Part shown: positions 26,430 through 41,007 of the stretch, piece by piece | How the letters are laid out: each line of letters begins with the position of its first letter | How positions within the stretch are numbered: the stretch's first letter is position 1 | NCBI GenBank assembly: GCA_951406725.2 | Contig: OX597815.1 | Coordinates: 133,610,001 to 133,674,000 of the forward strand | Length of the DNA: 64,000 nucleotides | Direction of reading: 5' to 3' | Origin: Octopus vulgaris | Taxonomy: Eukaryota | Notes under the pieces: generated by a model | What the model saw: only the letters and a program-made list of their open reading frames with translations | Database searches by the model: none | What the model was told of the DNA's origin: nothing | Position numbers and translations under genes: made by a program

Positions 26430-28640
26430 GGTTGAAAAGGAACACAGAGTTGATATGTATAAAGAAAATAAGACAAGGTAGAAAATTCTAAAATAATTTT
26501 ATCATGAAGAGCATTTTAGTACCGGTTTCAGTCTTTGCGACTTTTACAACTTAGAGTAAAGCATGCAAAACAATTAAATTGTGGAAAAATTCAATGAAAT
26601 GTTTTTTAAAAATATTTCCTTAGGTTTCAAATGTAAGGGACATTTTCCACTTTTTCCATCTGTCTCTGACTCTTTTTTTACTCTTGGTAGCAGGTAGTAG
26701 CAGTCCTAATATTTGATATGACTTCTTGATTTTGATTAAGCAGCAGTAGTAGCTGAGAAAGGAGGCAGCAAAGAAGGGGGAAAAGAAGAGAAAGAATAAT
26801 AAAAATGTGGGAGTGGTATGACAGTAGTAGGATGTTGATGGAATGCTCTTAAATGGTCAAGTGACCTAAAAGTGACCCATTGTGGCTGTAATAGTAGTGA
26901 TTGGAATTGTTTGGTGAGTGTTTGGATGTCTTAGTTCATTCATGTGTATACCTCTATGTTGTTTTGTCTATTGAAGTATGGGCAAATCTCAGAGTTCTGG
27001 TTATTGACATATCTGTTCTCTCAATGTTCTGGCTATTAATATTATTTGTATCTTTTGGTGTTCTGGTTGCTGATGTATGTAGTTATATATATCTAGGTGT
27101 GTGTTAATAGGTATTTTGATTATTAATGTATATCTCTGGGTTTTATTGCATGTTTGAGTGTGCATCTATGAGTGTTATGGCCATTGATGTGTTTATATCT
27201 CTGGGCGATCTGGTTATAAATGCCTGTATATATATCTTTAACTGTGGAGGTGTTCATGAACTAAAGGATGAGTTTAATTCCAAGACAGGAATTTCTAGGA
27301 ACACATTTGCAACCACATGGTTTCTAGTTTGGTTTGTATAGTACCTTGGGTAAGTATCTTCTACTATAGCCCTTAGGTCAATAAAACCCTTGTGAGTGGA
27401 TTTGGCAAATGGAGACTTTAAGGATCCTATTTTGTGTATGTATGTATGCATGAGTGTGTGTCTGTGTCTCCTTGTTTTGAGATTGCATGATTGTTGTAAA
27501 TGAATGTCTTTCATTTCCAGTATTCTATGAGAACATGTCTGGCCATGGGAAAATATTGCCTTAACTGGAAATAGGTGAATGTTGGCAACAAGAAGGGCAT
27601 CCGGCTGTAAAAAGAAAAATATCTGTCTCAGTAAACTCTGACACATGCAAGCATGGAAAAGTGAATAATAAAATGATGATGATAATGTACTGTGTCTTTG
27701 AGCAAGGCACTTCATTTCCTGTTGCCCCAGTTTACACAGCTGCAACTAATACTAGCTAGTACATCCCTCTCTTTCTGCAGCTTTCACATCATGGATGTTC
27801 TGCTGAGTCGAGGATGTAAGAACTGAGAGGGTGTCTGCTCGAGAATATGTATTCAGCTAAAACAGTTTATGAAAGCGTGGTATATGTTGCTAAGTCCTGC
27901 TCACTCATAAGTGACAGCTGACTATACTGTTCTATTCTTGGGTGTTCTAACAATTCGTGTGTCAGTGTTTTGGCTGTTGCTGATGAAGTTTATCATCTCT
28001 AGATGCTCTGGCTATTGTAAGTTCTAGTTGCTTTGTTGATGATTATACTCTGGTTAACAAGAATTATGATCAAAGACATTACCATCCCCTTACCATCCCC
28101 TTTTTTATCCAGCCATTGTGTATCAAGGACAATATTCAATGTTCCCTTTTTTTAAGATGATAGTGGGAGTTGTTAGAGATCTGCTGTTATTTCTAGTTTG
28201 AGGTACCTCCTAGAAGCTTCTTTTATTGGCTTATAAATCTCTTGCTTACTGACTTGTGTATCTATAGCTTTTCCAGCTATTACTGCATCTATCTCTAGAT
28301 GTCTCAGTTATTGACCTCTGCATCACTGAATATCCTACCTATTTACCTCTCTCTCTCTCTCTCTAGATGCTCTGCCCATTGACTTCTATATCACTGGATG
28401 TCCCAGCTAGTGACCCATGTATTTCTGGATGTTTTGCCTATTGACTTGTGTATCGCTGGATGTCATCACTATCAACCCCTCTATCGCTAGATGTCTTGGC
28501 TATTTACTTCTTGATGTGCTATCGTTTAACATTGGTGTATGGGATTGGTCATTAAATGTAGGGATTGTTGTACAATGGCCTAGTGTTCTTTTTTCTTTCT
28601 TTTTCATTACAAAGTATTTCTTCCTGTATTAGATTGATAC

Positions 28641-29089
28641 GCTGGTGGCACGTAAAAAGCACCAACTGAACATGGCTGATGCCAGCGCCGCCTAGACTGG
28701 CTTCCGTGCCGGTGGCACGTAAAAAGCACTATCCGAATCGTGGCCGATGCCAGCGCTGCCTTGACTGGCTTCCGTGCCGGTGGCACATAAAAAGCACCAT
28801 CCGAATCATGGCCGATGCCAGCGCCGCCTTGACTGGCTTCCGTGCCAGTGGCACGTAAAATGCACCAATCCGATCGTGGCCATTGCCAGCCTCGCCTGGC
28901 ACCTGTGCAGGTAGCACGTAAAAAGCACCCACTACTCTCACGGAGTGGTTGGCGTTAGGAAGGGCATCCAGCTGTAGAAACACTGCCAGATCAGACTGGA
29001 GCAGCCTTCTAGCTTCCCAGATCCCCGGTCGAACCGTCCAACCCATGCTAGCATGGAGAACGGACGTTAAATGATGATGATGATGATGA
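28641..29089 (+). mobile_element. RTE 3' UTR fragment with 5 tandem ~63-68 bp modules
   Basis: GGTGGCACGTAAAAAGCAC(C) repeats plus the shared terminal stem-loop and (GAT)n tail. Confidence 0.85.
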
Positions 29090-31950
29090 GAACACTTTCC
29101 AGTATCAACTGACCATACTACCTAGCTCCTAAATTTGATGCAGCACCCCATCTGTCCTCAAAGCAAATATTTATCCAATACCTCAAGCAGTATTTTCATT
29201 GACCCTGATATTTTGTATCTTGTTTTTTCAAATTTTTTTTTCTACTTTTCAATATCTTGTTTATTTGATTTAAATATTTATAGTTACTGCTATTATTACA
29301 TTAATTTTGTTGCATTCCTTATTTTTTGGCTGTTTTTTTTTTCAGTGTTTTATTTTGATTTTCTTTTTATACTAATCCCTTAATTAATAAAGCGAAATCT
29401 TCTCTACAATTTTTAACCAATGCTTCATTAAATTTTTTACAAGTTTCCATAATTATTATTAATTTAAATTTTTTAGTTCAACTCTCAAATTTAAATTTAC
29501 TTTCATCCTTCCAAGGTCAATATAAAAAGTACCAATAAAGTTCTGATGTTGGTTTGATTTACTATACATGACCCCACACCCCTATTTGTAGCTTAAGGTC
29601 AATCTTTCCAGAATTGGTTAAGTACTGGGCTGGTATAATGCTTAGAATCATTAGCATGCCAGACAAAATACTTAGTGGCATTTCTTCCAGCTTTACATTC
29701 TTAATGTAAGTTCCACCAAGGTCTTCTTTTCTTTTTCATCCTTTCTTGGTCAATTAGATAACAGTTGAATACTGTGGTCAATATAATCAAATATCCCTTT
29801 CCCCAAGAATCTCAGGCCTTGTGTCTATTGGTGGCTTTTCTCAGTGCAGCTAGTTTTAGCTTATTTTCAAGGACTTACTGCAGTGTATCATAGCATCAGC
29901 TCAGTGGAAAATATGGCCTAAGTGATAGGGTATACTCTTAGCATGTACTTGTAAGCCAGAGAATAATGGCTGGGGGAGGACATTTACTTTTGGTAGTCAG
30001 TAATAATAATAACACTGGATCTCTCAGAGTCTTAGGTAAACCCTATGTATAGTCTTCCTCTTAGGAGATGCATTTGTATAATGTCTGTACCATTTTTCTT
30101 TTCATTCAATTTCTGTTAACTGTTCCTATAATATCTCCACATCCATCACTCTTGAGACAATAGACATTATTATTTTTAAGGTAGCAAGCTAGTAGAATAA
30201 TGTGTTGGAAGAAATGCTTTGCAATATTTTTTCAGACTGATTTCATTCTGAGTTCAAATCCTGCCAAGGTTGACTTTGTCTTCCATTCTTTCAGGATCAA
30301 TAAAATTAGTAATCAGTTAAGTAATGGGGTTTGATGTAATTAACTAACCCCATCCTCCTAAGATTGCTGGCCTTTTGCCAACAGTTGAAAGAATCATTAA
30401 TTTTATTGTCTTCTGTAAACTACTTGTGGTTGTACATCTTTTTGCAAAATTGGTCAATTATTCCTTACATATTTATCAAATATACACACAGGCTATTTCT
30501 TTTTTTAATTTCCTCTATTTTTATCATTTTAGTTAGATTGTGTCAACTAAAAAGTAACAGTTTTAGTTAACCTGTGTTTGGGTTAGATTACTTTAATCTT
30601 TAGATTTAGTATTTAGAACAACATAACTTTTCATCTGAATGGTTTTAATTTCAATACATTACTAGATAGCACATATAGACAATAGAGCTAAATTCTTGCA
30701 CTAATAATGTCTAAAAAAGAAAAAAATGTTAATGTAATTTAAAATCCAGAATCATGCAAATAAAAACAAGAGATTCAATGATTTAAGTCACATGTTTCTC
30801 TTCCATTCACTCTACCAACAGATCTGATATTCCATCACATGTCATCTGAACAAATCTGAAAGCATTGATGCCACAATAGAGTCAGGAATGTTAACGCTCC
30901 TGATGACTACCACTACTGTGAAGGCACATGACTTAGTGGTTAGGTTGTTGTACTCATGATTGCAAGATTGTGGTTTTGATTCCTGGACCATCAAAACTGA
31001 CTTGGACTGAACAACAATAGCAATTCAGTAAGGCACGAAGCTATCAGGATCATTAGCACTTTGGACAAAATGCTTAGTGACATTTCTTCTGGCTATTTAC
31101 AGATCAGTTGCTTTTTAAATATTGCGGGTGATAAGACAAACACCAACTGAGTACCGGGATCAGTGTAATTGGCTAACTCCTCCTCTTCAAATTGCTCCTT
31201 GTTCCAAAATTTGAAACCATTATTTTTAAGGGCACTGAATTAAAGAAACATCAGAGCAATGGACGAAATATTGCGCAGTATTTCTTTTGGTTCTTTATAT
31301 TCTGGTGCAACTTTGCCTTTCATCCTTTTGGAGATTGATAAAATAAAGTGCCAGTTGATTTCATCAACTAATCCCTTCCCTCTAAATTTCTGACCTTGCT
31401 CCTTTTATTAGTTTTCTGTTCATTTTCCCCTCTATGACATCTGTTGGATATATTGTGAGTGTGTTACAACCTCTGTCTATGACGTGACTTAACTGGAACA
31501 GATTAATACAACCTCACTTGAGGTTTGGCTTTGTGATTTATAGAATTGGTTCTTGCAGCAGTGTCTTTATGTAAGCCAGCTGTGTCTGTTATGATACTAG
31601 CATAGGGAATTTGTTATCTGAGGTTCAACCCAGAGAAGGATTTTAACACTTAGCATATAAAATGGTGATATCTCACCCAAATATGTTCAGACTCACCAGA
31701 TTTAGCCTTTTAGACCTTACCTACAATGTCGTTCTAGAAATATACAATCACATCATTGAAATCTCAAAATCTATTCGATAATGCATGATTAATTGAAAAC
31801 AATTGAAAAACATCTGACAGAGTTAATTGAGTACTAAAGGGCTAAGAAAATTAAAACGAAAACAACCATTAAGTAAGTCAATAGAATATCATAAGTTTAC
31901 AAATTATTGTATATATGAAATATATTGATATTATTTTTTACTTGTTTCAG

Positions 31951-32043
31951 GATGTGGAAGCATTTGAAGATGAAAATGAAACTTTGCAAGTTGAAAATCG
32001 GGCCCTGATAAATGCATTTTCGCAATTGAGTACCACAGTGTAA
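31951..32043 (+). CDS. PAWR: PAWR/Par-4-like gene, last coding exon (leucine zipper C-terminus)
   Basis: ttttttacttgtttcag acceptor. Encodes DVEAFEDENETLQVENRALINAFSQLSTTV*, matching the Par-4 C-terminus DLDDIEDENEQLKQENKTLLKVVGQLTR. Followed by AT-rich UTR-like sequence. Confidence 0.88.
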   Translation, partial: DVEAFEDENETLQVENRALINAFSQLSTTV

Positions 32044-33084
32044 ATAATGTTGAAATGTGTATATGTTCTGAGTGTATGTAGGTGAGAGAGGGTGAGATAG
32101 AAATGATTAGCTTTTGCTCCTTGCTCTGCCTTTTTCCAACTTTAACTATGGCCCTTCCCACAATCTTAACAGTAGAAACAATTATTTTGGTTAATGTGCT
32201 CTACCTATCTATCTATCTTCCTACCTACTTATCTATCTATCTATCTATCTCTCTATGAAGCTCTGTGATAGATATATCACAGCAACTTTTAGTGCAACAT
32301 ATCTACTATTCATCATGTTCTTGGGACAAAAACAGAAAAAACACCCCAGAAAAATAAACAAAACAAAAACAGCAAAAACAATTTCTATTTTGTTTTTGGT
32401 TCTTTACACTTTCCATCTTCTCGACCACCTCCACAAAAATGAACAAAAAAAAATACAGCATAACAAACAAAAAAAGGGTAAAACCCCACAAAACAGCAAA
32501 ACAATATCCAAATAATAATTATAATATTTTTCGTATGTTTTGTTGATTTTTTTTTTTTTGTCTCTATAAATATTAAATATGAATGTACGCCTGTTACATT
32601 CTTTTAAATCAAGTTTTAATTTACCAGAAAAAGAAGAAAAAAAACCTTTCGATGAAAGAAAAACTATATAACACCAATGTCTGTGCTCTTGTATTATTTT
32701 CTGTATTTGAAAGTTAACCAGTTATAAGAACTGAATATTATTGGGTTTCAGAAAATTTTGGAAAATATCTTAAGATGGCTTGAGTATTTAAATGTTTCCT
32801 TTTCTTTTCAACTTTAAGATTTATCAGTTGGAATATATTACTTGCATTCACAAACACAACAACCGTACATACCTACTGCATGTATGTGTTCCCACATTTC
32901 CATACCAGTGCATGTTCTCTATCACACATTCATTCGTGCACCACACAATTTAGGCAGTTATTTACACACAATCATGACTATAGAGATTCTCATTTGTCTT
33001 TTTAAAAAAAAAAAATTTGGATACACACACACACATGCATATATATATATAAAGAGTTTATTTTAGACAGTGTTTTGGTGCACT

Positions 33085-33430
33085 ACAACTCATTGGAAAA
33101 CAGTAAAAGTGAGGACAAAAAGCCACAATAAGTCAAGTAAGAAAGACAGCATTAATAGCCAAAACTGCATGCATTTTACACAGAATAAAACACAAAAAGA
33201 CAGTGAAATGAACAGTAAGAAAATCATGAAAGGCACATCAGTAGTGTTGACAAATTTCAGGAAAGCATGAAATTTTTGAAGGATACAGTGTCCTCACAGC
33301 AATAACTGCCGTAGATAATTTATGTGAATTTTCAAAGAAAAAGAAAATATTTCAGTGCAGAAGAAAATCTGTTAAATGAATACTTTTCCAAGAATCTCAG
33401 AATAAGGACACTACAAAATTTTTAACACAC
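33085..33430 (-). mobile_element. Old CR1-like LINE 3' fragment (another at ~18240-18430, minus strand)
   Basis: Minus strand resembles the end of the CR1 ORF at 63700-63807 (..TCCTTCAAAAATTTCATGCTTTCCTGAAATTTGTCAACACTAC..). Confidence 0.6.
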
Positions 33431-36400
33431 CAGTAAACACACACACACTTGTACACACAATTATTTATTTAGATGTCATGAAATTAATGAAATCCTGATG
33501 GCAATAAATAGTCAGTAATTTGAAAAGAAAGCCAGAAAGAGAAGCTTAATTTAAAATCTGAGTGATTCATAGCAGAGCTAACTCTTCCATTGTAATAGAG
33601 ATGCAGTCAGTTCCATTTATATATTTATTCTATACCTATCTGACTTGCTGAAATTTATAACTACAGCCTATGAAGTTTATTTTTAAGATAGAATTTGAGA
33701 AATTTGAATAAAAAAAAAAATCATACAGAGACCTTGTGAAAAGTTGACCTGAATGCATTTTATTTTTCCAATTCTCTTTTTAAAAGTTTAAAAGTTTAAG
33801 AGTGTTTAGATACCAAAGGAAGCATAAATTATAATTTATATATTTTTTAATGAAGGTTTCTTTTCTAAATAAGTATACATACTTATATAGAAAAGAAACC
33901 TTTATGAATTGTGATTTATTTTCCTTTAGTGCTTGATTGTAAATGTCCTCTTTATACTTTAAAAAAATGAAAATTGGAATATGAAACACCAGTATTTTAC
34001 TATCGTTTTAATTGTTATAATTTTCTTGAAAGAAAATTTTTTTCTTTCCTAATTGACCAATATCTCTTGCCATAAAATCATTTTTTGTTGTTAGTCAATA
34101 TACTGTGATCGATTAAGTAATTTGGATTTGTGTTGTAAAATCTCTTCAATGAAAGGAATAAGCTATGCTTTATGAAGCTGAAAACTTACTTTAATCCAAG
34201 ATGTTTCTAGTTAGTCAACTCAACCTGCTCTATGTAACAACCAAATCTCTATTGAAATGCTTCCAATCATTGTTAAAATGAGAACAATATGTTTTGAAGC
34301 ATCCTATATTTGGCTGTATTCAATGAAATTTGATTTCTGTATAGATAAAACTCTGTCTTTCTAAAGTATCATCTTTATTGTTAGTTGGTGTCAAAAGTTC
34401 AAATGATGTATAATTGTTATCCCTTAAGTTATTTAACAATTACTCTTATATAATGCAATATAGTTTGGTAAATTCTGTTGCAAAAATTGTAGGGTAAAGG
34501 AAGAACAAAACAAAACCCTTAAATGTCAGATTTCTGATGAATTCATCAGTCACCTTGATTGCCATTGCAATATTATATCAAATACACACACACACACACA
34601 AAAGTTGTTGATGCTTATCCCCAGGTCAGCAATGACCAAGCAGACTTTATGATCAAAGACATTCTAGCTTTGATCATCCCACCTTTTTTTCAAATACAGT
34701 GTATCATGACTACATTAACCATACCCAGCCTTGAATTAAAGATGGCAAGGTCTGGTTTGAGTGAGATATGGCTGCTATTTGTAGCAGATCAACCGACCAT
34801 GTAGAAGCTCCCTCTTTAACCTTCATGAATTCCTTTTTATTGAGGACAGTGAAACAATAAAATAGATTAATTACTAACAGATCTACTCGGCTCTGAGGTC
34901 AGATTGTGTCTTTACTTTTTATCTAAGTCCCTGCAATATATCGAGGTTGAGTCAGTTAATTACACTATTCCCTCTGCTTATGAAAATTGCCCTTGTGCCT
35001 AGTCAAAAATAAATTCCATTTTAATAGTTTAGTCAACACCCCACCGCACATTATCTTACGAAATAATAGAAGAGGGGTTTCATGTGATCATATATCCCTG
35101 CTAATATCTTGCCAACTTGTCTTCACTTTTGATTGTATATGATAGGGGAGGGGGACGGCTTAGTTTGTGACTGATTGTGAACAACAAGGGAGGTAACTAT
35201 ACTATTTCCAGTGTCATTTGCTACATTCTTACTGTTTTCAACTGAAGTCCTGCTGGTTTGAAAAGTATTACTAGTTTGAGCCAATCGATGACATCTGTTC
35301 CCTTACAAAATCTTTTGCCTTGTACCTAGTATGAAGAATTCAATAATTTTAATATTAGGGATTTAGCCAGTAAAATATCTTTTCAGGGTCCGCAGAGTTT
35401 TATTCTTTTATAGTGCCTTTACTTTTACTCTTTTATCATCTGTCATTTTTTTTGAGTTTATAAGTGACATTTTTTTAAATATAATAGTCTACATTTCTCT
35501 AGTTTATAATTGTCTTTATCTAGCAGGTGACAGCTCTTTAATTGAAGGGTATGAGTTATTTGTAGGATTACAACTGGCTAAGATGACAGGGTGTTGTTAT
35601 TCAGAGTCATAACTGTTAGATTTAAACGAATGTTGGTATTTAGAAGGTCATAGACATCAGAAGTGAAAATATTGAGAAGAACACTGTTGTAAAAGGTTTT
35701 GAAATATTTTTTCCAGCTTTTTATGCTCTGAGTTCAAATTTTGCCAAGATTAACTTGACCTTTCATCCCTCCAGGTTTGATAAGATAAGCTACTAATTAA
35801 GTACTGGGGTTGATATATTGACTAATCCCAGCCCCTCAAAATTGCTGATCTTGTGTAAAATTCAGAAGGTCATTGCTGTTTGGTATGAAAGAGTATCAGT
35901 ATTGTGAAGTTCACAAATGTCTGAGATGAGTGTTTGTTATAGAGAGTCACAGATGATTGAGATGAAAGGGTGCTGTTATTCAGAGGATCATGGCTCTATA
36001 GGATGAAAGAATGTTAATATTGAGGGCATTACAACTAACTGAAGTGAAATGATATTGGACTGGCTGTCAAAACACTTTGTAACCTGACCAATATTTAATG
36101 TGTCCATGGCCTTAATTGCTGACTCACTACATACATGCCATCATGAAAGGCATAATTTACAACATCACTTTAAGCAAATTTATATTTGATAACAATCTAA
36201 TACAAATAAATTTTTATGAATTTTCTTTTTTTTTTTAATTTTATTGAAATAACTTTATTCAGAAGAAGCAAAATTTCATATTTGGGAATATATAACACCT
36301 GTTTAAACAATTCCAGTACTAATATATAATACTTGTGTGTGTGTGTATCTTATTGCTCACACCATGATGGTACTTTGTGTGCCTGATAGAAATTTTATAA

Positions 36401-38737
36401 TAGAGTTGGCAAAATACATTTCAAAGATGATGTACAATGTAGTATTTTCACCATGAAAATTATTTTTAATGCACCATCATTAATATTCATGATAATATAA
36501 GAAAATATTGAATAGTTAAACTCAAGCTAAAGTCCCTGTTTAATAGTGACTTCGTTTTTCGCTTTGATTTATGTATCTTCTATGAAATATATTATAAATA
36601 TACATGTGAATGTGAAAGATAGGGAGAGTGGAGTGGGTTTTTTATAAAGCCAATCCATTTCATTTCCAGATCCAATCTATGTATCAGAAGATTCATTAGG
36701 GTGTACTTTGTGTTGTCTGTTCAAAGCAAACATGATCAAGACGGTAAAGGAAGAGAGAGAGAGAGAGTGTGTGTGTGTGTGAACGGCAAGCAGTGATAGA
36801 AGCAAGAGGATGGTAGGGGAGGGAGTAATGAAGGAGAGACTGACAACTTATTTGGTTATGGATAAGGAGATTGAATGAAAATCCAGCACAAGCAGTATGA
36901 TGAGACATTGATAAAGATGGGTGATGGTGAGAGTGGTAAATGCTAACACAAAGTGCCATGCGAGAGAGAGAGAGATGGGTGTAAGTATCCACTCTATCGA
37001 AATCTAGAACTGTGAAGTCTTAGAGCTTATAGGGTTGAGGTACATCGGAAAACGCCTTTTCATTGAATAGCTGCCAATTCTTAACAAGTGTCACAAGTTC
37101 ACATTTTCATATAGTCCATAGTTGAAGATTTAGCGCCTATGCCTCCTGAAACTGAATATATTTTAATATTTAGCGCAACGTTTTGCTCTAAATTTACTTC
37201 TCAATTAAAAAGTAATAATTTCAAGTTTTACCCCCCCCCTCAACAAAGAGAGAATAATGTAAGGGAGATAACTAAGTTATCTCTGCGCACACTTTTCATT
37301 TTACTGAATTCAGGGGAAACTACTTTAGAAAAATTTACATTAAGATTATTATTGTTAGGTAGCGACTCCTTTCACCCGCGCACCCACCCACGGGCTACTG
37401 GATATGCATGGATGGTAGTGTTGAACTGAGTGGATGAAGTGTTACAATTGAAAGCAAGTGTAATTTTGTGTAAAATACATATCAGGACAAAAACTTTGAC
37501 TCGTGTATTTTGCAATAAATATATCATTTTCTAGTATTACTATACCCTCAAGGCTATACTTTCTCTTTGAGGCTAAAAACCACTTTAGTTATGAACAGCA
37601 AGTGATCCTGTATAAGGCATAAGAGTGTCCCACAAGAGAATACTGTTAGCACGTTTGGTATATATCTGCTATTGGACAAATATTCTAGATGACATTCTAA
37701 CTCAAGAACACTACAATAAATGGCATCCAAAAATCAAACCCTTTTTCTTGTTCCATTTAAAACAAATAATTATAAATATTGTAACTATATCTTTTTGTAG
37801 TTTGATTTATTGCTGTCAGTTTTTTTTTTTTTTAAACCAAGATTGCAATTTTTCAACTGATTTGAATGTAAGAAAGATAATCTATTGTTTGTAAGATGAA
37901 AAACAAAGAGTTTAGAAAAATATATTTGAGATATAGATAAGCAAAGGTCTTTATATCTCACGCATAAAACCACAACTTATGTTGAGTAAAATGAAAAAAA
38001 TGTATTTTACTTTAACTTTACAGACTTTTGGACAAGGTCAAGAAGTAGTATTTACTTCAATTGTTTGTAAAACAAATGTGTGTAATGGTGGTGCCCCAGC
38101 ATGGCCACAGCTCATGAGCTGAAACTAGATAAAAAAAATACATATAGCTTTTCACTCTGAATGTAAATATTTCATTATCTACAACTACCAGTGTTTATAC
38201 TGGCAAAAATAGCTTAGTGAATAAGGTTACCAATTTACTAAGTCATTTTGTTTCATTGTGTTTGCAAAACACAATATTTGATCAAATCTATGAATAATTG
38301 CTTGTAATATTTGCACTGTGGCAAATATTCATCTATTACATAATACTATTTCAAGGTTAAACATAGACTTTATGCAATATAAGTAGCTTCTGAAAACATA
38401 TTCCTATTCATATAATACATACATGTATTTGTTTCAAACCAGGACTGCATGAATGTCAACCAAACTTCTTAACCATTCAGCCAAAAGTAAATGCAGTATG
38501 GCCAAATAGTTAAGGAGTTTCCTTTGCAATCATGAGATCCCAGCTTCAATTCCATTCTCTGGCACCTTTGGCAAATGTCATTTTTATGTAGCCTCAGGTC
38601 AAAGTCCATTGAATGGATTGTACCAGACATTAAAAAAATAAAAATGACACAACCTTGTTAAGCTAACATGCTGATTTTGCCTGACACTTACATTAAGGGT
38701 TCATGTGTCTATCAAATACTCAGTAATTTACGATTAA

Positions 38738-38958
38738 CCCTTGAGCATTTAAACCGGCCTTATCTGGCCAAAAGTATTCTGCCTGTTTTATGTTCAAACT
38801 GGACAGATCTGGTCTCTCACACCAACCCTACAATATCGTTTTAAAAATTAACAGCTACCTCATCAAAATCTCATAGCTACGAGATAATGCATGATTAGTT
38901 CAAAACAAAGTGGATGAAAAAGCATTAATTTTGGTAGAATAGTGCGAACACTAAAGGG
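38738..38958. mobile_element. piggyBac-type MITE (older copy at ~31645-31845)
   Basis: TTAA on both sides; termini CCCTTGAGCATTT / CCCTTTAGTGTTC; inserted into a decayed family B SINE. Confidence 0.8.
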
Positions 38959-39098
38959 TTAAGTAAGTCCGCTGATCAAACAACTGATTCCTCATTGTTA
39001 CATGACAGAGATCTACCACTTCATAAATTCATATAGTATACTTGTGCACATGGTGACTCAATGGACAATTGCAAGATGAAGGACTGCACTGGTGAGTA

Positions 39099-39327
39099 TG
39101 GCGAGCTGGCAGAAACATTAGCACGTCGGGCAAAAAGCTTAGCGGTATTTCGTCTGTCTTTACATTCTGAGTTCAAATTCCGCCGAGGTCGACTTTGCCT
39201 TTCATCCTTTCGGGGTTGATAAATTAAGCACCAGTTACGCACTGGGGTCGATATAATTGACTTAATCCGTTTGTCTGTCCTTGTTCGTCCACTCTGTGTT
39301 TAGCCCCTTGTGGGTAGTAAAGAAATA
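39099..39327 (+). mobile_element. SINE family A copy
   Basis: Near-identical to 3014-3243. Confidence 0.88.
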
Positions 39328-40048
39328 GGTAACATGAAAGACCCTGGCCAGCTGCATGTGAGTGTATGGGTGGTGATATGAAGAATCACAACAGGTAGTG
39401 TGGTGAAACAAGAGACTGGCAGTTGACTACAGTGAGTGGCATGGTGAGTAGGCCGATAACAGGTGTTTATGGCAAGACAAAAGAACACGATGGGTCATGT
39501 AGTAAAATAAAGGATCACAGCAGGTTGTAGTGTCTACATGTTTAGGAGTGAAGTATCTCCAAATATAGACTGAGATAGTTCTGCTCTATCATAGAATGTA
39601 GTATTGCTGGTGACGGGATACATTCTATAAAGGAAAGCATCCAGCAATGGAGACTCTGCCAAGCAGTAATGTATTTGAGTGAAATGTGAAGTGCAAACCA
39701 CATCAGATCCTACATGGGTAAGAGAGAAATAACTCTGGAAAAAGAACTGAGTATAGTGATCTGCTCAATATGTGTCAGCATAGAAAATGAGAGTAACAAT
39801 GGTGATAAATATATTTCATTATATATATTCATAAAGATATTTATACTATAGCAATATATAATTATTTATATGAAGTAATACACCACACTCATACAGGTAC
39901 ACATGAAACTTAAAGACAGTTAATACTCTATATACATACACAAACACACATATATATACACACATGTATATAGACATATATATATATATACACATATACA
40001 TATACATATATATACACATATATATACACATATATATATATATACATA

Positions 40049-40277
40049 GGCGGCGAGCTGGCAGAACCGTTAGCACGCCAGGCGAAATGCGTAGCCGTAT
40101 TTCGTCTGCCATTATGTTCTGAGTTCAAATTCCGCCGAGGTCGACTTTGCCTTTCATCCTTTCGGGGTCAATAAATTAAGTACCAGTTACGCACTGGGGT
40201 CGATGTAATCGACTTAATTTGCTTGTCTGTCCTTGTTTGTCCCCTCTATGTTTAGCCCCTTGTGGGTAATAAAGAAA
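40049..40277 (+). mobile_element. SINE family A copy inside a (TA/CA)n microsatellite
   Basis: Near-identical to 3014-3243. Confidence 0.88.
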
Positions 40278-40278
40278 C

Positions 40279-40414
<136 letters not shown>

Positions 40415-41007
40415 CGACTACTACTGGTAATGAGTAAATGTTATTTGTGGCTTAACAGCCCTATGAGCATATATAGATATAAATATATGCATGTATATAA
40501 TTGCAACATGAAATTTGCATGAAAAGGTATTAGAGTGTGAAAAAGCTTTGTTCAGGGTAAATCTCAATCTTTGATCATAGAGTTTAGGACACTTGTAACA
40601 CAAAGATATGCCATGTCTAGCAGATGTTTTGGCTAAACTTATATATATACTCTGCACCATCGTGAAAATTTCTTTTATTTGATTCAGTACGATGGACTTT
40701 ATATGCTGAGATGAGAATGTTATGATATTGAAGATATTTAAAAAAAAAAACCCTTTATAAAAATATTGACAACACAGATCCTTCATTTCATAAATTGGGC
40801 TATTTATGGATTTGCAATAATTATAAGAGAAACTGAAAAAAATAAAAAGGCATCCTCAAAAATCTTACATTCATTTAAATATGTAAAACAGGCAAATAAA
40901 AAAAATGTATAAACTTGGTTTAAATGTTGTTATTTCCTCTTTGTAAAGCCTAGAATATGAATGTCTTAACTGATCCATCCATCAATTTGCTAGTCAATAT
41001 TGAATAA

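Noticed and set aside
28641-28930. CRISPR-like repeat/spacer appearance of the GGTGGCACGTAAAAAGCACC arrays
   Set aside because: The spacers are homologous to each other, the context is a eukaryotic LINE 3' UTR, and there are no cas genes.
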